From assembly GCA_001780985.1 (NCBI GenBank), contig MFJV01000001.1, positions 364,049 through 428,048 on the forward strand: a DNA stretch of 64,000 nt, read 5' to 3'. The DNA comes from Candidatus Gottesmanbacteria bacterium RIFCSPLOWO2_01_FULL_43_11b (GTDB lineage Bacteria > Patescibacteriota > Microgenomatia > UBA10105 > UBA927). Under the pieces are notes generated by a model. The model did no database searches, was not told the origin of the DNA, and worked only from the letters and a program-made list of their open reading frames with translations. A program made the position numbers and the translations under genes. Positions 42,390-51,963 of this stretch are shown here, piece by piece. Position 1 is the stretch's first letter. Each line of letters opens with the position of its first letter.

Positions 42390-44479
42390 CTAAAACCTCT
42401 TTTCCCATTATCGGTATGCACTGTGCAAGTTGCGCGAAGCTTATTGAACGGCAACTCAAAAATACGCCGGGGGTGATGGCCGCGGCAGTCAATTACGGAA
42501 GTGAGCAGGCATCTGTAGAACATGATGCTACGGTCACACCCAAGGCTCTTGCAAGCGCGGTTGCAAGCGCCGGCTATACGGCGGTTGTCGAAAAACAAAA
42601 AAATAAAACTCCAGAAGAGATGAAAGAAGAGGCAAAACGCGCGGAACTATCTGACCTTGCGCGAAAAGTTTGGGTGTCAGCCGCCTTGAGTGTTTTTATT
42701 ACCATTGGCAGCTTTCCGGAGTGGTTTGGAAATTCGTTCTTCAACAATCTATACATTCTTCTTCTGTTAGCCACCCCTGTTCAATTTTGGGCTGGTTGGG
42801 GATTTTACCAAGCCACGTGGTCCGGGCTTCGTAACCGAACAGCTTCAATGGATACTCTCATTGCAATCGGCACCTCTGCCGCCTACGGGTACTCTTTATT
42901 TTCAACAGTTCGGTACTTCGACACCGCAGCAATCATAATTACTCTTATACTTTTAGGGCGCTATCTTGAGGCACGAGCAAAAGCCCATACCAGCGATGCG
43001 ATTAAAAAACTTCTTCATCTTCAAGCAAAAACCGCTCGGGTTATACGGGGCGGCAAAGAAATCGATGTTCCCGTTGAAGATGTTAAAGCAGGCGACATTA
43101 TCCGCGTCCGTCCCGGAGAAAAAATTCCTGTTGATGGAAAAATTACTGAGGGAGTAAGCTCTATCGATGAATCAATGGTCACGGGTGAATCTATTCCTGT
43201 TGACAAAAAAATCGGTGATCTGGTTATTGGCGCTACAATCAACAAAACCGGAACATTCCTCTTTCAGGCTACCAAAGTTGGAGATGAAACCGTGCTTAGT
43301 CAAATCGTCAAAATGGTTTCTGAAGCGCAAAGTTCCCGCGCACCAATCCAGCGTCTTGCTGATATCGTCTCGGGATATTTTGTTCCCATCGTGCTCATGC
43401 TAGCCGTTGCCACATTTGTTGTCTGGTACATTACCGGAATGCCAATACAGGGATTTGTCAATATGATTGCAGTTCTCATTATCGCGTGTCCGTGCGCCTT
43501 GGGACTGGCAACGCCCACCGCAATTATGGTCGGTACCGGCCGTGGTGCTGAAGGGGGCATCCTCATTAAAGACGCTGAGGCACTTGAAATTGCCCATAAA
43601 ATAAAGACTATTGTCTTCGACAAAACAGGAACGCTCACAAAAGGAAAACCAGTGGTTACCGATGTATCATCAGATAAAGTTCTCATCATCGCCGCATCTT
43701 TAGAACAAGGGAGCGAACATTCGCTGGCTGAAGCAATCTTAACCAAAACAAAAGAACAAAAACTTTTAAGCGTAACACATTTTGAAGCTATCCCAGGACA
43801 AGGCATATCCGGGGTAATCAATAACAAGAAATACTTTTTCGGGAAACCGAAAAAGTCATACGAAACATTGGAAAAACAGGGTAAAACAGTGATGGAGTTG
43901 ACCTCTGAAAAAACGACACTCGGCTACGTTGCTGTTTCAGATACACTAAAGCCCGAAGCAAAAGAAATGGTTTCTGCGCTGTCACGACTTAGTGTCTGGT
44001 TGATTACTGGAGATAATCAAAGAACGGCAGAGGCAATTGCAAAACAAGCAGGAATTGAAAATGTGCTCGCCGGAGTTTTACCTGATCAAAAAGCCAAAAA
44101 AATTAAAGAGCTTCAATCCCCCGTTGCTTTTGTCGGCGACGGCATTAACGATGCCCCCGCTTTAGCTGCAAGCGATGTCGGAATCGCTATGGGAACAGGA
44201 ACAGATGTGGCAATAGAATCAGCCGGAATTACGTTATTGAATAAAGATTTACGAAGCGTAGTTTCCGCAATAAAATTATCGCGCGCAACACTTTCCGTCA
44301 TCAAACAAAATCTTTTTTGGGCATTTGGATATAACGTTATTCTCATTCCCGTCGCTATGGGTATCCTCTACCCCGCAACCGGCTGGCTCCTTAACCCAGC
44401 GCTCGCCGCTTTTGCCATGGCTGCAAGTAGTATTTCTGTTGTCGGAAATTCTCTCCGACTGAAAGGAGTTCGTATATGA
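42386..44479 (+). CDS. copA: Copper-translocating P1B-type ATPase
   Basis: N-terminal [16 protein letters not shown] motif ([13 protein letters not shown]), DKTGTLT phosphorylation site, [10 protein letters not shown] hinge. Confidence 0.95.
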   Translation: MTKTSFPIIGMHCASCAKLIERQLKNTPGVMAAAVNYGSEQASVEHDATVTPKALASAVASAGYTAVVEKQKNKTPEEMKEEAKRAELSDLARKVWVSAALSVFITIGSFPEWFGNSFFNNLYILLLLATPVQFWAGWGFYQATWSGLRNRTASMDTLIAIGTSAAYGYSLFSTVRYFDTAAIIITLILLGRYLEARAKAHTSDAIKKLLHLQAKTARVIRGGKEIDVPVEDVKAGDIIRVRPGEKIPVDGKITEGVSSIDESMVTGESIPVDKKIGDLVIGATINKTGTFLFQATKVGDETVLSQIVKMVSEAQSSRAPIQRLADIVSGYFVPIVLMLAVATFVVWYITGMPIQGFVNMIAVLIIACPCALGLATPTAIMVGTGRGAEGGILIKDAEALEIAHKIKTIVFDKTGTLTKGKPVVTDVSSDKVLIIAASLEQGSEHSLAEAILTKTKEQKLLSVTHFEAIPGQGISGVINNKKYFFGKPKKSYETLEKQGKTVMELTSEKTTLGYVAVSDTLKPEAKEMVSALSRLSVWLITGDNQRTAEAIAKQAGIENVLAGVLPDQKAKKIKELQSPVAFVGDGINDAPALAASDVGIAMGTGTDVAIESAGITLLNKDLRSVVSAIKLSRATLSVIKQNLFWAFGYNVILIPVAMGILYPATGWLLNPALAAFAMAASSISVVGNSLRLKGVRI

Positions 44480-44973
44480 ACGCTGATACCAAAATCATCG
44501 TTGGAGCGGTTCTAGCAAGTGCCCTCATTATAGTTGGCGCAGTATTTGTACTTGGAAAAGATACGGCACCCAAGCGTGAACAACTTGGCGAAGCTTCAAT
44601 GTCAATTGATAAAAAAGAAGCAGATTTGGGAGATATGAAGGTTACTGACGAAGGTTCGGCAACGTTTACCGTCATGAACACAAGTGAATCAATATTGCGC
44701 ATCTGGGGGGTAGCGACATCGTGTGATTGTACGTTTGCAAATGTGACGATTGCGGGGGTAAAAACCGGCGAGTTTAACATGGCAATGCACATGAACTCAA
44801 CGCTCAAAAATTGGATGGGTGAGGTTCCAGCCGGCCAGGCGGCAACGCTTGAGGTTATTTACCGGCCAAAAGTTATGCCTGTAAGTGGCCCTGTATCACG
44901 CCAAGTCAACTTTTCAACCAATGATCCGAATAATTCTCAAGTTGAAGTGAGTGTAAAGGCAACCGTGCTATAA
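44476..44973 (+). CDS. DUF1573-like domain protein with N-terminal TM anchor
   Basis: [26 protein letters not shown] resembles the DUF1573 core (beta-sandwich with S/CGC motif). Confidence 0.55.
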   Translation: MNADTKIIVGAVLASALIIVGAVFVLGKDTAPKREQLGEASMSIDKKEADLGDMKVTDEGSATFTVMNTSESILRIWGVATSCDCTFANVTIAGVKTGEFNMAMHMNSTLKNWMGEVPAGQAATLEVIYRPKVMPVSGPVSRQVNFSTNDPNNSQVEVSVKATVL

Positions 44974-44976
44974 CCT

Positions 44977-45813
44977 ATGAACTTTATTACTAGTATTTCT
45001 CTCATCACTGCATTTTTCGGCGGCATGGTCGCTTTGTTTGCTCCCTGCTGTATTACGTTTCTTTTGCCAAGCTACCTTGCCAATATTTTCCGCGAAAAGG
45101 GCCGGGTCGTCTGGATGACGTTAATCTTTGGTCTGGGAATCGCAACCGTTCTCGTTCCTGTGGCACTCGGGATTCGTGCCGTCGGGGAAATTTTTCAGCA
45201 ATACCACACCCAAACATATGTGATTGGCGGACTTTTTATGATCGCCTTGGGAGTTATGGAACTCACCGGAAGAAAAATTACCCTCCCCATGCTCAACCTT
45301 ACCATTGACCTTAATAAACGTCACGATCCCTGGTCCGTCTATCTCCTTGGAATTTTTTCCGGACTGACGACGTCTTGCTGCACTCCTGTCCTTGCCGGAG
45401 TATTAACACTCTCTTTTCTTTCACCTAATTTCGTTTGGGCGGGTCTCGCCGGATTAGCGTATGTTTTTGGCATGGTTACTCCCCTTGTTGTCATGGCGCT
45501 CCTCCTCGAAAAAGTAAATTGGGCGAAACTGCCTCAACTCCGCACAAAAACGCTCCGCATGGGATCAAAAACAATACTTTTATCTGACGCAGTTGCCGGA
45601 ATTCTCTACATTCTCGTCGGTATTACCTTTAGCGTACTTGCTCTCACCGGCCGCATCACCATGGGCATGGAGGAACCACTCGAGGAAAGTCTCGGTATCT
45701 TTTGGGGATTGGTACGATATCTGCGCACGATCCCTTACGGTGAATATGGCTTTGCCGCTATTCTTGGTATAGTAATGTATTGGATCATACAAAAAGGGAG
45801 GAAAAAAATATGA
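44977..45813 (+). CDS. CcdA/DsbD-family thiol-disulfide transporter membrane protein
   Basis: Six or more TM helices; Cys motifs LFAPCCITFLLP and SCCTPVLAG typical of the DsbD_2 family. Confidence 0.65.
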   Translation: MNFITSISLITAFFGGMVALFAPCCITFLLPSYLANIFREKGRVVWMTLIFGLGIATVLVPVALGIRAVGEIFQQYHTQTYVIGGLFMIALGVMELTGRKITLPMLNLTIDLNKRHDPWSVYLLGIFSGLTTSCCTPVLAGVLTLSFLSPNFVWAGLAGLAYVFGMVTPLVVMALLLEKVNWAKLPQLRTKTLRMGSKTILLSDAVAGILYILVGITFSVLALTGRITMGMEEPLEESLGIFWGLVRYLRTIPYGEYGFAAILGIVMYWIIQKGRKKI

Positions 45814-47000
45814 ACATCAAAAAGAAGTTTGCCATTAAAAAAATAAAGAGCTTTCTCGTGTTGTTTGTCTTGATCGTCGTCGGATTTCTCCTGGGCAGAC
45901 AGCAGAGCTTGCTTCCCTCAGGAAGCGAGGTGTCTCCGGGTAGCCTCAAGCGCATGCTCAGCAATAAAAATCCTGCCTCGCCGGCAGGCGGGTTCACATT
46001 CATCAATGTACATGCTCCCTATGAAGGCGAGATCGAAAAAACCGACGCTTTTATTGCCTACGACAAGATCATCGAAAACAGTAATCTCCTCCCGAAGGAT
46101 AAAAATGCACCGATTATCCTCTACTGTAAAACCGGCCGAATGAGTGCTGAAGCGCTCGAAACGGTAAAAAAGCTAGGCTACACCAATGTCAAACATCTTG
46201 CCGGCGGCATGGATAATTGGGAAAAAGCAGGAGGAAATCTTTCGGATCTGTCGAAGCTTGAAGAGATTGTTCTGCCGAAAGAAGGCATCGAGCTTTCGGT
46301 TTCCTGGGGCACACTGGGCAAGCAATTGGTTGATGCTGGCGTCATTAATTTACCGGAATTTCGAAAAGTAGTAAATATGACCCCTGAGCAAGAGAAAATT
46401 TTAACCATGGGTTCTGAAGAAAAAATTAAAATTGATGCAACCAATAGTCAATTTGTCGTCGACATTCTCTGGGCTCTAGGACTGGCTCAAAAAAGCATTG
46501 TCTATGATGAGGGGCCGCTTGGAAAAGAGTATAAAACTGAGCAGGGAAATTTTGCCTCGACCGGCGGATGGAATTTGGCTCGCGGCGATGCGACTGCTTA
46601 CCTCAATCGATTTGATCTTATTCCATTAACACCCGAGCAACAGCAAAAAGTCGGTGAAATTGCGAAAAATGTATTCCGTCCGTGCTGCGGCAACTCAACC
46701 TGGTTCCCGGATTGCAACCACGGCATGGCAGCGCTTGCCATTATCGAACTTTTGGTAAGCAACAATGTTGATGAGGTTACTATTTATAAAAAACTTCTCG
46801 GATTTAACAGTTTTTGGTTTCCGGATAGTTACATAACTGTCGCAACGTATTTTTCGCGGCAGGGAATAAGTTGGGACAAGGTGGATGCAAAAGAAGTGCT
46901 CGGGGACAAATTTTCAAGTGGAAAAGGAGCGGCTGAGACGGCAAAAAAAGTCGGTCCGCTCCCCTACCGCCCAACAGGTGGGGGAAGCTGTGGTGCGTAA
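45810..47000 (+). CDS. Rhodanese-domain protein with a Cys-rich C-terminal extension
   Basis: Start at MNIKKKF preceded by AAAGGGAGG. Rhodanese active-site loop YCKTGRMS; C-terminal FRPCCGNSTWFPDCNHG...GGGSCGA. Confidence 0.65.
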   Translation: MNIKKKFAIKKIKSFLVLFVLIVVGFLLGRQQSLLPSGSEVSPGSLKRMLSNKNPASPAGGFTFINVHAPYEGEIEKTDAFIAYDKIIENSNLLPKDKNAPIILYCKTGRMSAEALETVKKLGYTNVKHLAGGMDNWEKAGGNLSDLSKLEEIVLPKEGIELSVSWGTLGKQLVDAGVINLPEFRKVVNMTPEQEKILTMGSEEKIKIDATNSQFVVDILWALGLAQKSIVYDEGPLGKEYKTEQGNFASTGGWNLARGDATAYLNRFDLIPLTPEQQQKVGEIAKNVFRPCCGNSTWFPDCNHGMAALAIIELLVSNNVDEVTIYKKLLGFNSFWFPDSYITVATYFSRQGISWDKVDAKEVLGDKFSSGKGAAETAKKVGPLPYRPTGGGSCGA

Positions 47001-47382
47001 CGGTGTAATCGGCGCACTTGCGCTCCTTTCTCTTTTTGCTATCACCATGACGCTTTTGTCTGGATTTGATGCGGCGCTCGGACAATTTCTCGCTCTTTGG
47101 TATCTCATGATTCCCTTGGTATTGGGCTTTGGAATCCAGGTTAGCTTGTATACTATACTCAAACAGCGCGCGAAAGGACTCATGGCAACCAGTGGCACAT
47201 CCGCCAGTGCCGGCATGCTTGCCTGCTGCGCCCACCACGCAGCTGATGTTCTCCCCATCCTTGGCCTCTCGGCTGTGGCAACATTGATTGCTCAATACCA
47301 AGTTCCAATTCTTTCTTTCACCTTACTCATCAATATCCTTGGCATTGCTGTCATGTGGAATCATGTAAGAAAAATGGTATGA
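46994..47382 (+). CDS. Small 3-TM membrane protein with CCAHH motif
   Basis: Start is ambiguous (GTG 46994 overlapping the previous stop, or ATG 47047). The 5-prime part of track ORF 46885..47382 overlaps the rhodanese gene in another frame. Confidence 0.45.
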
Positions 47383-47813
47383 AACAAAGCACCAAATTAC
47401 TTCTTCTTCTCATCGTAGTTGGCACAGGAATAATTCTTGGACGACTGTCTGGTTCGAGCCCTGCGAATTCTCAAACACAATCTAAATATGAAACTAAGGA
47501 ACATGAGGGCGGAAACGTCACGGTTTCCGTCACTCCTTTAACCATTAAACCCGGTTTCCCTGCTTCGTTTGATGTTGCGTTTGAAACGCATTCCGTAGAT
47601 TTAGCATTTGATGTTGAACAGATTGCAACCCTGACTGATAGTGTCGGCACTGTGTATACTGCCTACTGGGAAGGTTCGCCACCGGGAGGGCATCATCGGA
47701 GCGGAACTCTTCGCTTTACTCCTGACATTGATACATTAACTTCTATTACTCTCACATTTTCTGATATTGCAAATATACCCACACGAACGTTCATTTGGGA
47801 GGAAAACAAGTGA
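47379..47813 (+). CDS. Secreted/anchored hypothetical protein (signal anchor plus beta-rich domain)
   Basis: MKQSTKLLLLLIVVGTGIILG signal-like N-terminus; start chosen at the internal Met of the track ORF. Confidence 0.5.
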   Translation: MKQSTKLLLLLIVVGTGIILGRLSGSSPANSQTQSKYETKEHEGGNVTVSVTPLTIKPGFPASFDVAFETHSVDLAFDVEQIATLTDSVGTVYTAYWEGSPPGGHHRSGTLRFTPDIDTLTSITLTFSDIANIPTRTFIWEENK

Positions 47814-47923
47814 TTGAAACCATTATTCCATTAGCACTTATCGTTGTCTGCTTCTTGTCACATCTCCTCTTTATGCAGCATGATGGTCATAGTGGCCATC
47901 GCCACACAAAAGGAGGTGAGTAA
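47810..47923 (+). CDS. His-rich small membrane peptide (37 aa, VIETIIPLALIVVCFLSHLLFMQHDGHSGHRHTKGGE), GTG start
   Basis: Below the track size cutoff; GTG overlaps the stop of the upstream gene; its 3-prime end carries the AAAGGAGGTGAG ribosome-binding site of the next peptide. Confidence 0.3.
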   Translation: MIETIIPLALIVVCFLSHLLFMQHDGHSGHRHTKGGE

Positions 47924-47926
47924 AAC

Positions 47927-48064
47927 ATGATGGGTTATGGATGGGGTGGAAATATGATGGGTTCATTTGGTGCATTTGGACTCCTTACGTGGTTAGCGCT
48001 CATAATTTTTCTTATTTTGGGATGTATGTACTTTTGGAAAGAAATTAACAAAAAGAAATAGAAA
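47927..48064 (+). CDS. Small membrane peptide (45 aa, MMGYGWGGNMMGSFGAFGLLTWLALIIFLILGCMYFWKEINKKK)
   Basis: Perfect ribosome-binding site AAAGGAGGTGAG 6 nt upstream; Gly-rich N-terminus plus one TM helix; below the track size cutoff. Confidence 0.5.
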
Positions 48065-48078
48065 GGGGGTGAAAATGT

Positions 48079-48345
48079 ATGAAGCATGATCCGAACGTAA
48101 CTACCAATGCGGTCGCGGCAACGACTGCAATTATCTATGTTGCCTGTAGACTGCTCGTTGGCTTGTTCCCGGATTTCATGTTTACGGTTGGTCAATCCTG
48201 GTTCCATGGCATAACGCTGACGCAAAAGGGGGCATGGAGCCTCACGACATCAGCATTCATCCTGGGACTCATTTCGACAACAGTATTTGGGTGGCTCGTG
48301 GGGTATCTCTTTGCGCGTCTCTATAATTCTTTTCTCAAGAAGTAG
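48079..48345 (+). CDS. Small membrane protein (88 aa, 2 TM)
   Basis: AAAGGGGGTGAAAA ribosome-binding site upstream; hydrophobic helices. Confidence 0.5.
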   Translation: MKHDPNVTTNAVAATTAIIYVACRLLVGLFPDFMFTVGQSWFHGITLTQKGAWSLTTSAFILGLISTTVFGWLVGYLFARLYNSFLKK

Positions 48346-48961
48346 AGAGAGGAGGCTCGTCAATGAACGTTTTCATACGGCTCTGTAACTCTTTTATGTT
48401 GGCATAATTAAAGGAAAAGAGCTTTTGAGTTTGATGCCTCCAAATAGAATCGACAGACTTGCTACTTAATGAATCTGAAAGATATACGCCATTCAAAAAA
48501 ATACTCCTCGCGGTGAGGATGACTTCGTTGTTAACGTGATCGTTTTTCTTTTGACTAACTTGACCAAGTAGTCCTTTAACCATATGTGTACTTAACCATC
48601 TTGCGTATCGGGCATTCTTATCGCTAGGCTCGAGATGTGTTCTGATTTCAACCTGCTCACTCACCCACTTAACCAAAACATCGTGAGCTTTCCCGTCTGA
48701 TTCCTGATGAGCTATTTCAGCCAAAGGTCCTCCTCCAGAAATATTATGGTAAACTATACCCTCCCCAAGGGCTTGCGTATAGGTGTCGATCTGAAGGGTA
48801 ATTCCTAGTTTATCGCTTGCCTCCATTGGATCATGCGTTTCTAAAAATTTGGTAGCGCGCATCAATGGACGACTAAGCATGTCATTAAACTTTCCAAAGC
48901 CTTCAAGTATCCTATCTTCGAGACCGGTTAAACCCTCTAAAAAACGCTTCATGAAGCCCAA
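48335..48961 (-). CDS. Hypothetical protein (208 aa)
   Basis: ORF only. Confidence 0.45.
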   Translation of the reverse strand: MGFMKRFLEGLTGLEDRILEGFGKFNDMLSRPLMRATKFLETHDPMEASDKLGITLQIDTYTQALGEGIVYHNISGGGPLAEIAHQESDGKAHDVLVKWVSEQVEIRTHLEPSDKNARYARWLSTHMVKGLLGQVSQKKNDHVNNEVILTARSIFLNGVYLSDSLSSKSVDSIWRHQTQKLFSFNYANIKELQSRMKTFIDEPPLSTS

Positions 48962-48985
48962 AGATAACAGTATTGGAGACTTGTG

Positions 48986-49366
48986 TCAAATCAATCGACG
49001 TAGGAGTTTCCGTGCATTAACACAGTCTCTTCGCATTTGAGACGAGAGCAGTTTGAGTGAGCTAAAATTCTTTGACTGCCTGATGAAACCGACTATTTCA
49101 ACCTCAATCGTTTTCCCGTAGATTTTTCTTGAGAAGTCAAAAAGGTAGACTTCGCACTGGGGTTTTGTTTCTCCGAAGATAATCCGCGGACCCCAGTGGA
49201 GAACGCCATTGTATTTTTTATCTTCAATACGTACGCGACACGCATAGACACCAAATGGAAGTGATAGCGGTGAAGTAAGTGCAATATTTGCCGTCGGAAA
49301 TCCAAGTTTTTTCCCTTCGCCATGACCGCGTATGACTTTGCCTGCAATACGTATATTTATACCCAT
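48986..49366 (-). CDS. Riboflavin kinase (monofunctional, RibF C-terminal domain type)
   Basis: GKVIRGHGEGKKLGFPTANI flavokinase motif. Confidence 0.85.
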   Translation of the reverse strand: MGINIRIAGKVIRGHGEGKKLGFPTANIALTSPLSLPFGVYACRVRIEDKKYNGVLHWGPRIIFGETKPQCEVYLFDFSRKIYGKTIEVEIVGFIRQSKNFSSLKLLSSQMRRDCVNARKLLRRLI

Positions 49367-49372
49367 CGGGGT

Positions 49373-50041
49373 TTAGTGTACGCCCGGAGAACGGTCTATT
49401 TCTTTCTCAAGAAGTTCCACATCAGTGATGATAAGCTGTCTGCCGCGCGTCTCAATAATGCCTTTCTTTTTGAGTGCTTCCATTTGAAGACTGGCTGTTT
49501 CCCGAGTGGTTCCAATCCAAGCCGCAATCTCACGATGGACAAGCGGTACGTGCAAAACAATGCCGCCATTTGCTCTTTCGCCAAAATTCTTCGAATAATA
49601 CAAAAGGAGGAGTGCGGTTTTGGTGTACGCATCATCAAGGATTACGTGACCTATGCGTGTCACTATACCGTGGAGTCCGGACAAAAGTCGTTGCAAAGTA
49701 TAGAAAAGAACGTCTGCATTTTCTTTAAGAAAGGCAACCACTTTGTCTTTGGGCGCTCTGTGCGCCTCGACATCAACGAGTGCTTCGAAGTAAAAGGTGT
49801 TGGGTATGTCATTGAGTGCCCACATGAGGGGGAAAAACGACCCTGGTTTAAAAACATGCACCATGAGTGTGTCTCCTGAGGGAGAAACCAGATATTGTCG
49901 TACCGATCCTTTTTTAAGAAAATAAACACCCGGCGGGGGGTCTTCCGCTCGAATGATCGTCTCCCCTTTTTTGTAGTTTAACGTGGTATACGGAGCAAAA
50001 AAACGTTCCGTTTTACGAAGAACGACGTCGTTTTGTACCAT
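49373..50041 (-). CDS. Crp/Fnr-family transcriptional regulator
   Basis: cNMP-binding beta-barrel region plus C-terminal HTH (RETASLQMEALKKKGIIE). Confidence 0.85.
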   Translation of the reverse strand: MVQNDVVLRKTERFFAPYTTLNYKKGETIIRAEDPPPGVYFLKKGSVRQYLVSPSGDTLMVHVFKPGSFFPLMWALNDIPNTFYFEALVDVEAHRAPKDKVVAFLKENADVLFYTLQRLLSGLHGIVTRIGHVILDDAYTKTALLLLYYSKNFGERANGGIVLHVPLVHREIAAWIGTTRETASLQMEALKKKGIIETRGRQLIITDVELLEKEIDRSPGVH

Positions 50042-50104
50042 AGATCACAGTGAGTATACACTACTTTCATACAAAATTCACCCTTCTGTGGTATACTTCT
50101 GACA

Positions 50105-50524
50105 ATGGTTCGCAATCCGGTACTCATCAATAGAACGCTCTTTCTCCTCTCACTACTTGGGTTTGCTATGGCAATCTACGTTCTTCAAAGCTTCCTCCGT
50201 CAATCATCAATCGTTTGCCTTACCAACGGATGCGAAATTGTGAGAAAGAGTCCGTATTCTTACCCCTTTGGTATTCCGGTTCCTGCGTTCGGTTTGGTCG
50301 GTTACTTCTTCCTTGCCCTTTTAGCGTTTCTTCGTACGACAAGTAAAAAACAGTGGATAAAAAAAGCTATGCTCGGTATATCAATATTTGGTATTTGCTT
50401 CGTCACATGGTTTACCTATATGGAACTTTTTGTTATTAAAGGTATCTGTACTTGGTGTGCAATTTCAGCCGTTAACATGTATATTATATTTATCCTGATT
50501 CTAAAAAGTTACAAAAACGCATGA
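50105..50524 (+). CDS. Vitamin K epoxide reductase (VKOR) family protein
   Basis: 4-TM protein with loop Cys pair (CLTNGC) and active-site CTWC. Confidence 0.8.
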   Translation: MVRNPVLINRTLFLLSLLGFAMAIYVLQSFLRQSSIVCLTNGCEIVRKSPYSYPFGIPVPAFGLVGYFFLALLAFLRTTSKKQWIKKAMLGISIFGICFVTWFTYMELFVIKGICTWCAISAVNMYIIFILILKSYKNA

Positions 50525-51117
50525 AATTTACATCTGAATCAAAATTTCTTTTAGGAATTCTCGCTGTTACTACTGTTGTTGTTGGTGCTGCTGTCTGGTT
50601 TTTCTCGCGACCCACCCCTACAGTGACTATTTCAAAAGAAACGCTCATAGCATCCGATTCACAGAACTTAGGAAACAAAGATGCGGCAAACTACTTAGTT
50701 GAATTTTCTGATTTCCAATGCCCTGCCTGCCGCGCGTATACACCGGCTGTTAACGAATTAGCAACAAAATACTCTGAAAAACTACTTATTGTCTACCGCC
50801 ACTTCCCCCTCCCCCAGCACGCATATGCAAAACAGGCTGCGTATATCGCAGAAGCTGCGGGTCTCCAGGGAAAATTTTGGGAAACAGCAAAAATACTTTT
50901 TGACAATCAGGATAAATTTTCCGACGAATTCTTTTCAACTCAATTTCCCCAATTGACCCCTAATGATGCTATCAAACAAAAAGTTGACCGCGATCTTAAC
51001 CTTGCCAGAATGCTTAAGGTTTCGAGTACGCCGACGTTTTTCCTCAATGGAGTAATTCTCAAAAACCTCTTTGGTCCGCAAGACCTCGTGACAGCGGTCG
51101 AAAAAGTATTACAATAA
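50521..51117 (+). CDS. DsbA-like thiol:disulfide oxidoreductase with N-terminal membrane anchor
   Basis: Thioredoxin-fold CPAC active site (FSDFQCPACRAY); ATGA coupling to the VKOR gene. Confidence 0.85.
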   Translation: MKFTSESKFLLGILAVTTVVVGAAVWFFSRPTPTVTISKETLIASDSQNLGNKDAANYLVEFSDFQCPACRAYTPAVNELATKYSEKLLIVYRHFPLPQHAYAKQAAYIAEAAGLQGKFWETAKILFDNQDKFSDEFFSTQFPQLTPNDAIKQKVDRDLNLARMLKVSSTPTFFLNGVILKNLFGPQDLVTAVEKVLQ

Positions 51118-51121
51118 AAGC

Positions 51122-51877
51122 ATGTTTGACCTGTCCGGAAAAGTAGCCCTCGTTACCGGCGCCAGTAGTGGTATTGGTCGGGGAATCGCCCTTACTCTTG
51201 CTCTCCAGGGCGCAAAGGTTGTTGTGACTGCACGCCGACTCGAAAAACTTCAGGCACTATCTGCAGAAATTAAAAACAGGGGGAAAGAATCGTTGGCAAT
51301 TCAGATGGATGTGACGAAGCGCAATGAAGTTGATGCTGCTATTTCCGAAACAATAAAAACCTTTGGCGGGCTTGATATTTTAGTAAACAATGCTGGCGTC
51401 CTTGATTATTCTCCGTTTTTGGAAATGAAGGAAGAAGCATGGGATAAAGTCATCGACACGAATCTCAAAGGGTATTTTTACTGTGCACAGGCAGCAGCCC
51501 GTGAGATGGTAAAAAATAAACAGGGAAGAATAATTAACATCGCCTCGATCGCCTCGGGTGGGGTGGGGATCGGTTACCCCATGATTACCCATTATGTCGC
51601 AAGCAAAGGCGGTATTGTTGGCTTTACGGAAGCACTTGCAGCTGAACTCGGTCCCATGGGTATTACCGTCAACGCAATTGGTCCTGGCGCTATTGAATCG
51701 GAAATGACGACATCAATTACAGAAGAACAGATGAAAGGAATGATTGCAAGACTCCCTATTAAACGAATCGGCAAACCGGAAGATATTGCGGCAGCTGTAA
51801 TCTACCTTGCCTCGGATGAAGCCTCTTACGCCACAGGCGTTACCCTCTACGTGGATGGCGGTTGGCTCACAACATAA
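51122..51877 (+). CDS. Short-chain dehydrogenase/reductase (FabG-like)
   Basis: TGASSGIG cofactor motif, NNAG, catalytic S...YxxxK. Confidence 0.9.
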   Translation: MFDLSGKVALVTGASSGIGRGIALTLALQGAKVVVTARRLEKLQALSAEIKNRGKESLAIQMDVTKRNEVDAAISETIKTFGGLDILVNNAGVLDYSPFLEMKEEAWDKVIDTNLKGYFYCAQAAAREMVKNKQGRIINIASIASGGVGIGYPMITHYVASKGGIVGFTEALAAELGPMGITVNAIGPGAIESEMTTSITEEQMKGMIARLPIKRIGKPEDIAAAVIYLASDEASYATGVTLYVDGGWLTT

Positions 51878-51963
51878 ATTGGGTGAAAAAGAGCGAGCTC
51901 AAATTTTCCGCACACAGCGATCTCGAAGAGGATGCGAGTACGGAAAATTTCGGGCGAGCGATT

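Noticed and set aside
42263-43827. Antisense track ORFs within copA (42263..42598, 43021..43245, 43300..43827 and others)
   Set aside because: They lie opposite a strongly supported P-type ATPase gene and have skewed composition.
46885-46993. 5-prime portion of track ORF 46885..47382
   Set aside because: It overlaps the rhodanese-domain gene in another frame. Only the part after that gene's stop (from 46994 or 47047) looks like a genuine membrane protein.
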